IMG/VR virus record: IMGVR_UViG_3300045988_132303
Length of the DNA: 45,763 nt
Reading direction: 5' to 3' (one strand)
Source: a virus
A program made the translations under genes and the position numbers. Shown piece by piece: positions 16,452-25,072 of the stretch (position 1 is its first letter; each line of letters begins with the position of its first letter). The notes under the pieces were generated by a model. That model did not search any database and had not been told where the DNA came from. It saw only the letters and a list, made by a program, of their open reading frames with translations.

Positions 16452-17867
16452 ATGGGACTTATTTCATGGATAAAAGGATGGTTTAACAGAATGCTTTTAA
16501 TCGACAGCCGAATCAAAGACGAGTTTGACGTGGAGCCTATATCATCCACTGCGATGGACAAGTACATCAAGCGGTGCATGGATATATACAGCGGTATGCC
16601 TGACTGGGTAGACCCCGACGGGCATATCAAGACCGTAAACGTTGCGAAAAGCGTATGCTCCGAGGTCGCGCGGCTTACTACTCTTGCTATCGGTATAAAG
16701 ATAGACGGGAGCGCACGCGCAAAGTGGCTTCAGGAGCAGATAGACGCAGCATATTCAAGCTTCAGGGACTGGACGGAGTACGGATGCGCGGCGGGGAATA
16801 TGATCCTCAAGCCCAACGGCGAGGGGATAGATTTCGTCATGCCGGACAGATACAAGATTGTTGACATGGCAAACGGAGCTATTACCGGGATTGTGTTCAT
16901 CGACCGGCAGAAGTATGAGAAAAAGTGGTACACCCGGCTTGAGTATCACCGCTTCACCGGCACGGGGGACAACCGCAGGTATGAGATATCCAACCGGTGC
17001 TTCAGGGGAGAGAGCGAAAACGACAACGGACGCGCCGTACCGATAGCCGAGACCCCGTGGAGCGGCTTGCAGGAGGATATAGTCGCCGTCAATGTCGATA
17101 AGCCCCTGTTCGGAGTTTTCCGCACACCGAGCGCGAACAACGTTGATATCGGCTCCCCGCTGGGCTTGCCGGTCTTTGCGGAGGCGACCGAAGAACTCCG
17201 GGACTTTGATATAGCATACAGCCGCAACGCGAAGGAAATCCTCGACAGCAAGCGGCTTGTGCTCCTCGACAGCGACCGCCTTCTCAGCACACCCGGCGCA
17301 CGTCTCAGCCAGAAGAACGCCGATGCGCTTTCCCGTGACATGGGGCTTCCGGACTATATCAAGACTGTCGAAGGCGACGGCAACAGCGAGATATATCACG
17401 AGATCAACCCGTCCCTCAATACCGAGATGCGCAAGAGCGGCATGGACTTCCTTCTTTCGCAGATCGGGTACAAGTGTGGATTCTCCAACGGGTACTTCGT
17501 TTTCGACGAAAAATCCGGCATGGTCACGGCGACGCAGGTCGAATCGGATGACCGCCGCACGATACAGCTCATCAAGGATATGAGGGATAAGCTTCAGGCT
17601 TGCCTTGACGGTGTGATATACGCGCTCGACAAGTTCGCCGATGCATACAACCTCGCCCCGGCGGGGACATACAAGGCGACGTATGACTTCGGGGACATCA
17701 CATACAACCGGGAGGAGGATCGCGCGAGATGGTACAGCTATGCACAGTCGAACAAGGTTCCTTTCTGGTATTATCTTGTGAAGTTTGAGGGACTGAGCGA
17801 GGAAGAGGCAAAGGCTCTCATAGAGGAGGCAACCCCGGCAGACCCGATGTTCGGAGGCGAGGAGTAA
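16452..17867 (+). CDS. Portal protein (SPP1 Gp6-like)
   Basis: 471 aa, immediately after TerL. Size and position are typical of a portal. Confidence 0.8.
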   Translation: MGLISWIKGWFNRMLLIDSRIKDEFDVEPISSTAMDKYIKRCMDIYSGMPDWVDPDGHIKTVNVAKSVCSEVARLTTLAIGIKIDGSARAKWLQEQIDAAYSSFRDWTEYGCAAGNMILKPNGEGIDFVMPDRYKIVDMANGAITGIVFIDRQKYEKKWYTRLEYHRFTGTGDNRRYEISNRCFRGESENDNGRAVPIAETPWSGLQEDIVAVNVDKPLFGVFRTPSANNVDIGSPLGLPVFAEATEELRDFDIAYSRNAKEILDSKRLVLLDSDRLLSTPGARLSQKNADALSRDMGLPDYIKTVEGDGNSEIYHEINPSLNTEMRKSGMDFLLSQIGYKCGFSNGYFVFDEKSGMVTATQVESDDRRTIQLIKDMRDKLQACLDGVIYALDKFADAYNLAPAGTYKATYDFGDITYNREEDRARWYSYAQSNKVPFWYYLVKFEGLSEEEAKALIEEATPADPMFGGEE

Positions 17868-19781
17868 ATGCTGTCTCCTGAGTACCTTCTGCGTGTCTCT
17901 GAGGGCGCGGAGGAAATAGCGGAGCGGTTACACCAAGATATCGTTAAAAGGCTTATACGGCGCATTGTGGCGCGTCTGGAACGGGGAGACGATTACATAC
18001 TCACCCCGATTGACAAATATCAGCTTGAAACGCTGAAGCAGGCGGGCTTCCTCATGAAGGATATCGAAAAGGAGATAGCGGCAAAGACCAAGCTCCAGAG
18101 GGCAGAAATCCGCGCCGCCTTTGAGGATGCCGGCATACGCTCTTACGCTTACGACAGCCGGGTATACGAGGCGGCAGGGCTTGCAACAAAGCCGCTCACA
18201 CAGTCGCCGCAGTACATCCGCATGATGCAGAGGGCATACGAAGCGACGCTCGGAGAGTGGCGTAACTTTTCCCGCACGACAGCGGGGGAGGCATACCGCC
18301 GTTTTATCGTTGAGTGCGACCGTGCATATTACAGCGTGCAGTCAGGCGCGATATCGTATACGCAGGCATTCCGTGAGGCGATAAACCGCATAGCCGACGA
18401 GGGTGTTGTGGTGGCATACCGGGACAAGGACGGCAACATCACCCGGCGGGACACTATTGAAACCGCTACACTTCGCAACATTCGAACCGGAATCTCTCAG
18501 TCATGCGCGGAGATCACCAATGCCCGCATGGAAGAAATGGACTGGGATATACTTCTTGTGTCTGCCCATCTCGGCGCGAGGTACACCGAAAAGAACGATT
18601 ACACAAATCACTTCTGGTGGCAGGGTAAATTTTACTCCAAAAGCGGCAAGGACGAGCGTTTCCCGCCTTTCAGCGTATGCGGACAGGGGGAGGTACAGGG
18701 AATCAACGGCGCGAACTGCCGGCATTCATACAGCCCCGGAGATGGCGAGACAAATCCCTTCTCGGATTACGACAGCGAGGAGAACAAAAAGGCATACGAT
18801 CTTTCGCAAAAGCAGAGACAGCTTGAAAACCGCATCCGGCACACCAAGCGTCAGGTCATGGCGATAAAGGAAGGTCGCGATTATGCCGAACACCCCGACC
18901 ACAAGGCGGCTCTCGACGAGGATTACAAGAAGAAAGCCGCGAAGCTGGAGCGGCAGAACAAGGAATACAAGGACTTCTGCGAACAGAACGGCTTGAAAAC
19001 ACGTCAGGAACGGCTGACAATAGCCAAGTGGGACAGGCAGCAGGCGGCAGAGGCGCGGGGAGCTGCGGCAAGGTACAAGAACAGCCGGAGCACAGAGCCG
19101 AGAGAGAAGCCGGACACGAGCACGGTTGAGGTGACCGTCGGGACAGATATCTATAACGTCGAAAAGCCGATGTCGGAGTACAGGGACGCATCGGGGCGGT
19201 TCGATATAGATAAAGCGAATGCAGATTACGAAAAGCTCTTGACAAAAGTTCCGGAAGAGTATAAAATGAGCATAGAGACAGCTTATAAAACGACGGAATT
19301 TGAAGAGAACACGGAAATCAGCTCCGCTTTCCGGTATGATACCAAGAGCGACAGGGTAGTGTATAATCCTCGGTATGATAATTTCGATGATTACAGCTAT
19401 CCTCAAGCGGTCACACATGAGCTTTCTCACCGCATTGACGCTCTGGATTATCATTCAGAGAAAAACGCGAAATTCAGCAAGGCGATTGATGATGCATATC
19501 AAGTTGTCATGAAAAATGCCGGGAGACTGCGCGAATACAGTTTTAACGAAGATGGTGACGGTTTTGTGTCTGATATTATATCAGCTCTTTCAAACGGAGA
19601 AATTCGAACATCCGCAAGTCACTCCGTGAATTACTGGATGAAACGAGGAACAAAAGAGAAAGAGATTTTTGCTAATCTGTTTTCAATGGGTGTCTTTGAC
19701 CAAAAGAAACATATTGACCTTATTAACGAGCTATTCCCGGAAGTATATGAAGCATACGACGAGATCAGAAAGGATGTGTAA
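17868..19781 (+). CDS. Head morphogenesis protein (SPP1 gp7/MuF family) with a C-terminal HExxH domain
   Basis: MuF-like core follows the portal gene. HELSH at 19416-19430 (about residue 517 of 637) lies in an AT-richer 3' part. Confidence 0.75.
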   Translation: MLSPEYLLRVSEGAEEIAERLHQDIVKRLIRRIVARLERGDDYILTPIDKYQLETLKQAGFLMKDIEKEIAAKTKLQRAEIRAAFEDAGIRSYAYDSRVYEAAGLATKPLTQSPQYIRMMQRAYEATLGEWRNFSRTTAGEAYRRFIVECDRAYYSVQSGAISYTQAFREAINRIADEGVVVAYRDKDGNITRRDTIETATLRNIRTGISQSCAEITNARMEEMDWDILLVSAHLGARYTEKNDYTNHFWWQGKFYSKSGKDERFPPFSVCGQGEVQGINGANCRHSYSPGDGETNPFSDYDSEENKKAYDLSQKQRQLENRIRHTKRQVMAIKEGRDYAEHPDHKAALDEDYKKKAAKLERQNKEYKDFCEQNGLKTRQERLTIAKWDRQQAAEARGAAARYKNSRSTEPREKPDTSTVEVTVGTDIYNVEKPMSEYRDASGRFDIDKANADYEKLLTKVPEEYKMSIETAYKTTEFEENTEISSAFRYDTKSDRVVYNPRYDNFDDYSYPQAVTHELSHRIDALDYHSEKNAKFSKAIDDAYQVVMKNAGRLREYSFNEDGDGFVSDIISALSNGEIRTSASHSVNYWMKRGTKEKEIFANLFSMGVFDQKKHIDLINELFPEVYEAYDEIRKDV

Positions 19782-19783
19782 CA

Positions 19784-19975
19784 ATGTATCTGTGCCCCAA
19801 GGAGATGGCTATGGTGAAAAGTAAGGAAATACAGAGCCTTATGGACGAGTACGAAAAGGTATTCAACGAAATCTCTCCCGGATTCAATCATGACGAATTC
19901 GACAGCATAGAGGACTATGTCAGAATACTGAAAGAGTGCATCAAAACAAAGAAGAGCTGGTATGACATTCCCTGA
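19784..19975 (+). CDS. Small hypothetical protein directly after the MuF-HExxH gene
   Basis: ORF. Alternative start ATG 19811 has a better-spaced AAGGAG. Confidence 0.4.
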   Translation: MYLCPKEMAMVKSKEIQSLMDEYEKVFNEISPGFNHDEFDSIEDYVRILKECIKTKKSWYDIP

Positions 19976-20020
19976 CCGCGCGTATAAAACCGCCCGAAAA
20001 CCCCGATAAAACAGCCACAA

Positions 20021-20048
20021 AAAGCCCGGTGAATACACATCGGGCTTT
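20021..20048 (+). terminator. Hairpin terminator
   Basis: aaagcccg/cgggcttt stem followed by a T-rich tract. Confidence 0.55.
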
Positions 20049-20053
20049 ATCTA

Positions 20054-20081
20054 TTGACTTTCGCTCCCTGTATGGTATAAT
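20054..20081 (+). promoter_or_regulatory. Promoter (TTGACT-16 nt-TATAAT with TGn extended -10)
   Basis: ttgact at 20054-20059. tggtataat ends at 20081. Confidence 0.6.
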
Positions 20082-20102
20082 TATTACAACGGAGGTGGGG
20101 CG

Positions 20103-20477
20103 ATGAACTTCATACAGTATAACCCCAACCCAAGGGGAAACCGCGTCGGAGACTGCGTCATCCGGGCGATATCCAAGGCAACCGGACGGGATTGGGAGAC
20201 AACATATGCCGGGGTGTCTGTCTGCGGGTTTGAGCTTGCAGATCTGCCGTCAGCCGATCATGTGTGGGGCGCGTATCTGCGCAAACACGGGTACTCCCGG
20301 AGGCTCGTTGACGATCACGGGCAGGACGTGTACACAGTGGACGATTTCTGCCGGGACAATCCGACCGGGACGTACATCCTCGCGATAAGCGGTCACGTGG
20401 TCTGCGTGATAGACGGAAAGTATTATGATTCGTGGGACAGCGGGAACGAGATTCCCCTGTACTGCTGGCAAAAGTAA
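20103..20477 (+). CDS. Predicted papain-fold (Cys-His-Asp) hydrolase-like protein
   Basis: VGDCVIRAIS (Cys), ISGHVVCVIDG (His), DSWD. Has its own promoter and terminator. Confidence 0.4.
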   Translation: MNFIQYNPNPRGNRVGDCVIRAISKATGRDWETTYAGVSVCGFELADLPSADHVWGAYLRKHGYSRRLVDDHGQDVYTVDDFCRDNPTGTYILAISGHVVCVIDGKYYDSWDSGNEIPLYCWQK

Positions 20478-20481
20478 ATAA

Positions 20482-20525
20482 AGCGTCAGAGCCGTAGAGC
20501 CTTCTATCGTTCTGGCGCTGTTTTT
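20482..20525 (+). terminator. Hairpin plus T-run
   Basis: agcgtcag/ctggcgct stem (one G-U pair) followed by gttttt. Confidence 0.45.
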
Positions 20526-20542
20526 ATATACGGAGGTGCAAA

Positions 20543-20941
20543 ATGGCATACGGAAACTATCAGAGCGGGTATCAGATGCCGGTATACGGGCAACAGGTAT
20601 ATCCGCAGATGCAGTCACAGCCGCTTCAGCAGCAGCCCCAACAGCCGCAGAGCGGTATACAGTGGGTGCAGGGAGAAGCGGGGGCAAAGTCGTATCTTGT
20701 AGCGGCGGGAAACACTGTGATGCTCATGGACAGCGAAACACAGAGGTTTTTCATCAAATCGACTGACGCGAACGGAATGCCGCATCCGCTTCAGGTGTAT
20801 GAGTACCATCGCGTGGATAACGCACCGGCACCCGCAAACGTCCCGACGATCACAAGGGAAGAATACGATGCGCTCGGCGCGAAAATAAACGAGCTTGCCG
20901 AGAAGGTGAACAGGCTCGAAGCAAAGGAGGCTGAAACATGA
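20543..20941 (+). CDS. Hypothetical protein with Q/Y-rich low-complexity N-terminus
   Basis: MAYGNYQSGYQMPVYGQQVYPQMQSQPLQQQPQQPQ followed by a globular part and a coiled-coil tail. Confidence 0.5.
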   Translation: MAYGNYQSGYQMPVYGQQVYPQMQSQPLQQQPQQPQSGIQWVQGEAGAKSYLVAAGNTVMLMDSETQRFFIKSTDANGMPHPLQVYEYHRVDNAPAPANVPTITREEYDALGAKINELAEKVNRLEAKEAET

Positions 20942-21159
20942 ATCCGCTTTACGGAATGCTCGGAGGAGCAGGAGGGGGAGGGGCAATGAACCCGAAGCTT
21001 CAAATGATACAGCAGTTCAGGCAGTTCAAGCAGGGATTTCAGGGCGACCCGAAAGCCGAAATCATGAAGCTGGTACAATCGGGGAAGATATCACAGCAAC
21101 AGCTGAACGAATTTCAGCAGATAGCACGTGAATTTCAGAATATGATGGGAAATCAATAA
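20938..21159 (+). CDS. Small Q-rich hypothetical protein
   Basis: ATGA-coupled ORF. Confidence 0.45.
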   Translation: MNPLYGMLGGAGGGGAMNPKLQMIQQFRQFKQGFQGDPKAEIMKLVQSGKISQQQLNEFQQIAREFQNMMGNQ

Positions 21160-21178
21160 TAAGCCGGACGTATAACGC

Positions 21179-21211
21179 AGAGCAGATACCTTACAGTGTC
21201 TGCTCTTTTTT
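21179..21211 (+). terminator. Rho-independent terminator
   Basis: agagcaga/tctgctct stem followed by ttttt. Confidence 0.75.
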
Positions 21212-21268
21212 CATGGCAACAACCGTGCGCACGGATTGCAAATATATATTTTACATGGAGGAAAAATC

Positions 21269-21970
21269 ATGGAGAATTACGGAATGTCTCCTGCCGATTA
21301 CGCGGCAGTGAGCGGAAACAACCGGAACGGAATTTTCGGCGACGACGGCATCTGGATAGTGGTGCTGTTCCTCATGATGTGGGGAAACAACGGCTGGGGA
21401 AACAACGGCGCAAACGGAGCCGGTTTTCAGGGCTATGCTACTCGAGCAGACATCAACGAGGGCTTTGCTCTCAACGGTATCGAGAACGTCATAAGAGGCA
21501 TACAGCAGGGAATCTGTGACAGCACTTATGCGCTCAATAACAGCATAATGCAGGGCTTTGCGGGCATGGATAAGGAATTCAGCAACCTTCTCAGCCGCCT
21601 CGCGGAGTGTTGCTGCCAGACGCGCGAAGCCATAGCACAGCTGCGCTATGATATGGCAACGCAGAATTGCGCAATCAGTAACGCAATTCAGAATGCTGCA
21701 AGGGACATCATCGAGAACGCCAATGCCGGAACAAGGGCGATCCTCGATAAGATGTGTCAGCAGGAGATAGACGCGCTCAAGTCGCGTAACGCTGACCTTC
21801 TTGCGGATGTCAACGCACTGCGTTTTGCACAGTCTCAGACCGCGCAGAACCAGTTTATCACGCAGGTCGGAAGCGATATCGTCAATCGGCTTCAGCCCAC
21901 ACCGACCCCGGCATACATCGTCCAGAACCCCAACTGCTGCGGAAGTACCTTCGGTACCTGCGGCGGTTGA
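21269..21970 (+). CDS. Membrane-anchored Cys-rich helical protein (YjcZ-like Gly/Trp-flanked TM segment)
   Basis: GIFGDDGIWIVVLFLMMWGNNGWGNNG transmembrane segment. AECCCQT. C-terminal NPNCCGSTFGTCGG. GGAGG RBS. Confidence 0.55.
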   Translation: MENYGMSPADYAAVSGNNRNGIFGDDGIWIVVLFLMMWGNNGWGNNGANGAGFQGYATRADINEGFALNGIENVIRGIQQGICDSTYALNNSIMQGFAGMDKEFSNLLSRLAECCCQTREAIAQLRYDMATQNCAISNAIQNAARDIIENANAGTRAILDKMCQQEIDALKSRNADLLADVNALRFAQSQTAQNQFITQVGSDIVNRLQPTPTPAYIVQNPNCCGSTFGTCGG

Positions 21971-22006
21971 GTGAGCCACACGGAATCACGGTAGGAGGTG
22001 CAAAAG

Positions 22007-22438
22007 ATGCCTGAATATACTTCAAACGCCGTCCAGACAGTGGCGGCAGGCGGCAACGTCCTTTTCACCGAGACGCCTGTTCCCTGTACCAAGGGATATG
22101 TCGTACACCGCGAAGGTGCGGGAGTTATAACTCTGCGCGGCATCGTGAATTCCTGCGCTCAGAGCGCAAGATACAAGGTGTCCTTCGGAGGCAACATCGC
22201 AATCCCGACGGGCGGTACAGTGGGTGCGATATCAATTGCGCTTGCCATCGGCGGAGAGCCGATACCTGCAAGTTCGATGATATCCACCCCGGCGGCGGTG
22301 GGCGAGTATCAGAACGTCTCCGGATCACTGTTTGTCACGGTTCCTCGCGGGTGCTGCTACACTATTGCGGTGGAGAACACAAGCGGACAGGCAATCGAAA
22401 TCCAAAACGCCAACATCATTGTTGAGCGCGTGGCTTAG
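22007..22438 (+). CDS. Small beta-rich protein resembling the BclA C-terminal (C1q/TNF-like jelly-roll) domain (tentative)
   Basis: Alternating beta pattern: VLFTE..GYVVHREGAGVITL..ARYKVSFGGNIA..ISIALAIGGEPI..LFVTV..IAVEN..ANIIVERV. AGGAGG RBS before ATG 22007. Confidence 0.4.
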   Translation: MPEYTSNAVQTVAAGGNVLFTETPVPCTKGYVVHREGAGVITLRGIVNSCAQSARYKVSFGGNIAIPTGGTVGAISIALAIGGEPIPASSMISTPAAVGEYQNVSGSLFVTVPRGCCYTIAVENTSGQAIEIQNANIIVERVA

Positions 22439-22451
22439 GGGGGGTGAGAGC

Positions 22452-22910
22452 ATGGACGAGATGTACCGCATGGGCGAACGCATAAAAGAGGAGCTTGACA
22501 AGATAGCCGAAAAAGGGCTGAATATCGGCAACCTCGATCATGCGTATAAGCTCATAGATATGTACAAAGACCTGAAAAACGTCGATTACTGGGAAGCCAA
22601 AAAGGATTACTATGAGACCGACGGATACAGCGAGAGAAACCGGAAGCGTGACAGTCACGGCAGATACAGCCGGAGCGACGGATACAGCTATCGGGACGGC
22701 TCGGATGCTTATAACCGATATATCGACAGTAAGCGGACATACAGACACAACGCGGGGGACGGAAACTGCAAACAGCGGCTGATGAACACCCTCGATGACT
22801 ATATGGACAGCTTCGCCAGCAGAATGGAGGAAATGCTCCGGGACGCTGACTGCGCGGAAGAGCGCGAGACGATACAGCGGTATCTCAGCAAGCTGAACAG
22901 CCTTAGCTGA
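22452..22910 (+). CDS. Hypothetical protein with central Tyr/Arg/Asp/Ser-rich low-complexity region
   Basis: Start at ATG 22452. DGYSERNRKRDSHGRYSRSDGYSYRDGSDAYNRY. Confidence 0.5.
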   Translation: MDEMYRMGERIKEELDKIAEKGLNIGNLDHAYKLIDMYKDLKNVDYWEAKKDYYETDGYSERNRKRDSHGRYSRSDGYSYRDGSDAYNRYIDSKRTYRHNAGDGNCKQRLMNTLDDYMDSFASRMEEMLRDADCAEERETIQRYLSKLNSLS

Positions 22911-22917
22911 CAGGCGT

Positions 22918-22943
22918 GGGGGAGAACGGAAACGCTCTCCCCC
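22918..22943 (+). terminator. GC-rich hairpin (weak U-tail)
   Basis: gggggaga/tctccccc stem. Confidence 0.4.
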
Positions 22944-22945
22944 TT

Positions 22946-22984
22946 AAATGCGTATTGGACTTTTTTTGTTTTTGGCTTTACAAT
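22946..22984 (+). promoter_or_regulatory. Putative promoter with AATGCGTATT box
   Basis: aaATGCGTATTGGAC-18 nt-TACAAT. Confidence 0.5.
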
Positions 22985-22998
22985 GGTTATGATAGGGG

Positions 22999-23175
22999 GT
23001 GAGGCTTATTAATCCGACCGAAAACGAGTGGGTGTTATGCCCGATATGCGGAGGAAAAACCCGCGTGATGGTCAATCGGCGCACCAAGGTCAGCGATTTC
23101 CCGCTGTTCTGCCCGAAGTGCAAGAATCAGTCCCTTGTCGATATCGCAGATATGAAGCTGACATACAGTCGGTGA
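22999..23175 (+). CDS. Cysteine-rich KTR-domain protein (58 aa, GTG start; not in the ORF track)
   Basis: Manual translation: (M)RLINPTENEWVLCPICGGKTRVMVNRRTKVSDFPLFCPKCKNQSLVDIADMKLTYSR. CPxCGGKTR and CPKC motifs. Confidence 0.6.
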   Translation: MRLINPTENEWVLCPICGGKTRVMVNRRTKVSDFPLFCPKCKNQSLVDIADMKLTYSR

Positions 23176-23258
23176 CATAAAATTACCTTGCCGGGGTTTA
23201 CACGGCTTATCATCCGATTCGCGGGCGGCGCGAAAAACAAATCACGCAGGAGGATAAT

Positions 23259-23891
23259 ATGCAGAACATCACAGAAATACTCAAGGAAATCGGCATCGAA
23301 GTTCCGGAGGACAAACTGCCCGATCTCACCAAGAAGGTCGCGGAAAATTACAAGACAGTCGCCGAGATGGAGAAAAAGACCGGAAGACTTGAGCAGGAAC
23401 GCGACGATTACAAGTCGCAGCTCGAAAGCGCGAAGAACACGCTCAAGGGCTTTGAAGGCGTTGACCTGTCCACCATGCGCACCCAGCTTGCCGAATATAA
23501 GGACAAAGCCGAGAAAGCGGAAAAGGATTTTAAGGACAAGCTCGCCGAAAGAGACCTTGACGACGCGCTGAATGCCGCGCTGGACGGCATAAAATTTACC
23601 TCTGAGACAGCCAAGCGGGGGGTGAAATCCCGGCTTAAAGAGGAGAGAATCGAGCTTAACAAGGACGGCAAGCTCCGTGGCTTTGATTCCCTGATATCCA
23701 AACTCAGGGAGGAGGACAAGGACGCTTTTGCCGAGGACAGCAAACCTTCAGCGCGCTTTACTTCATCATTCGGGAAGAACGACGGCGTAAAGAAGTACTC
23801 CAGCATCGAGGATATTTACAAAATCAAAGACGCGACAGAGCGGCAGACCGCCATCGCACAGAACATGGATTTGTTCAGAAAGGATGAATAA
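23259..23891 (+). CDS. Scaffolding protein (GP20-like)
   Basis: Coiled-coil, charged protein immediately upstream of the major capsid gene. Confidence 0.75.
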   Translation: MQNITEILKEIGIEVPEDKLPDLTKKVAENYKTVAEMEKKTGRLEQERDDYKSQLESAKNTLKGFEGVDLSTMRTQLAEYKDKAEKAEKDFKDKLAERDLDDALNAALDGIKFTSETAKRGVKSRLKEERIELNKDGKLRGFDSLISKLREEDKDAFAEDSKPSARFTSSFGKNDGVKKYSSIEDIYKIKDATERQTAIAQNMDLFRKDE

Positions 23892-23893
23892 CT

Positions 23894-25060
23894 ATGGCAG
23901 CTAAAGACGGACTTATAAAATCCGCAAATATCAGCGTAACCGCGAGAGAGATAGACTTCGTCACGCGGTTCACCCGTAACTGGGAGCATCTCACCGAAAT
24001 CCTCGGCATCATGCGTCCCATCAAGAAACAGCCCGGCGCGGTACTCAAGAGCAAGTACGCAGAAGGCACGCTCAAGAGCGGCGCGGTAGGCGAAGGCGAG
24101 GAGATCCCTTACAGCAACTTCGTTGTCAAGGAAAAGAACTACGCCGAGATGACCATCGAGAAGTACGCAAAGGCAGTCTCGATAGAAGCAATCAAGGATC
24201 ACGGATACGACAACGCAGTCGCGATGACCGACGACGAGTTCCTGTTCCAGCTTCAGAGCGAGGTTACATCCCGCTTCTACGCTTACCTTAACACCGGTGA
24301 GCTGACCGACACCGAGACCACCTTCCAGATGGCTCTCGCAATGGCAAAGGGACTTGTCGAAAACAAGTTCAAGACCATTCACCGCACCATGACCGGCACC
24401 GTCGGCTTCGTCAACGTCCTTGACGTATACGAATACCTCGGCAACGCAAACATCACGATTCAGACCCAGTTCGGATTCCAGTACATCAAGGACTTCATGG
24501 GCTTCAACACCATCTTCCTTCTCGGCGAAAACGAGATCGAAAGAGGTCGCGTGATCGCAACGCCGGTCGAAAACATCGTGCTTTACTACGTCGATCCCGG
24601 CGATTCCGATTTCGGCCGCGCCGGACTTGAGTATACTACTCAGGGACAGACGAACCTCATCGGTTTCCACACGCAGGGCAACTACAACACCGCTGTGTCC
24701 GAGGCTTTCGCAATCATGGGACTTACCCTCTTTGCGGAGTACATCGACGCAATCGCGGTCGTTACGCTGTCCGACGGCAACGGTTCTCTCGGTACTCTGA
24801 CTGTCACATCTGCGGCAGGAAGCACGACCGGCACAACCAAGCTGACCGTCACTCCCGCTAAGGTCGGCGGCGTGTACAAGTACAAGACCGATTCCACAAC
24901 CGCTCCGACCGTGACTTACCTTCAGAACGTCCGCAACTGGACGACATGGGACGGCAAGTCTGACATCGCGGCAACGTCGGGACACAAGATTACCGTTGTC
25001 GAGGCTGACAGCACCTATAAGGCGCTCAAGTCCGGCAACGCAACCATCGCAGTAAAGTAA
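23894..25060 (+). CDS. Major capsid protein with C-terminal Ig-like domain
   Basis: 388 aa after the scaffold gene. C-terminal region TLTVTSAAGSTTGTTKLTVTPAKV...ATIAVK is Ig-like. Confidence 0.8.
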   Translation: MAAKDGLIKSANISVTAREIDFVTRFTRNWEHLTEILGIMRPIKKQPGAVLKSKYAEGTLKSGAVGEGEEIPYSNFVVKEKNYAEMTIEKYAKAVSIEAIKDHGYDNAVAMTDDEFLFQLQSEVTSRFYAYLNTGELTDTETTFQMALAMAKGLVENKFKTIHRTMTGTVGFVNVLDVYEYLGNANITIQTQFGFQYIKDFMGFNTIFLLGENEIERGRVIATPVENIVLYYVDPGDSDFGRAGLEYTTQGQTNLIGFHTQGNYNTAVSEAFAIMGLTLFAEYIDAIAVVTLSDGNGSLGTLTVTSAAGSTTGTTKLTVTPAKVGGVYKYKTDSTTAPTVTYLQNVRNWTTWDGKSDIAATSGHKITVVEADSTYKALKSGNATIAVK

Positions 25061-25072
25061 GGAGGAGGGCGT

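Noticed and set aside
23816-24985. 389-aa minus-strand ORF opposite the major capsid gene
   Set aside because: Arg/Val/Cys/Gly-rich antisense shadow of a GC-rich, strongly supported + strand gene. It has no RBS or promoter and is unlike any protein family.
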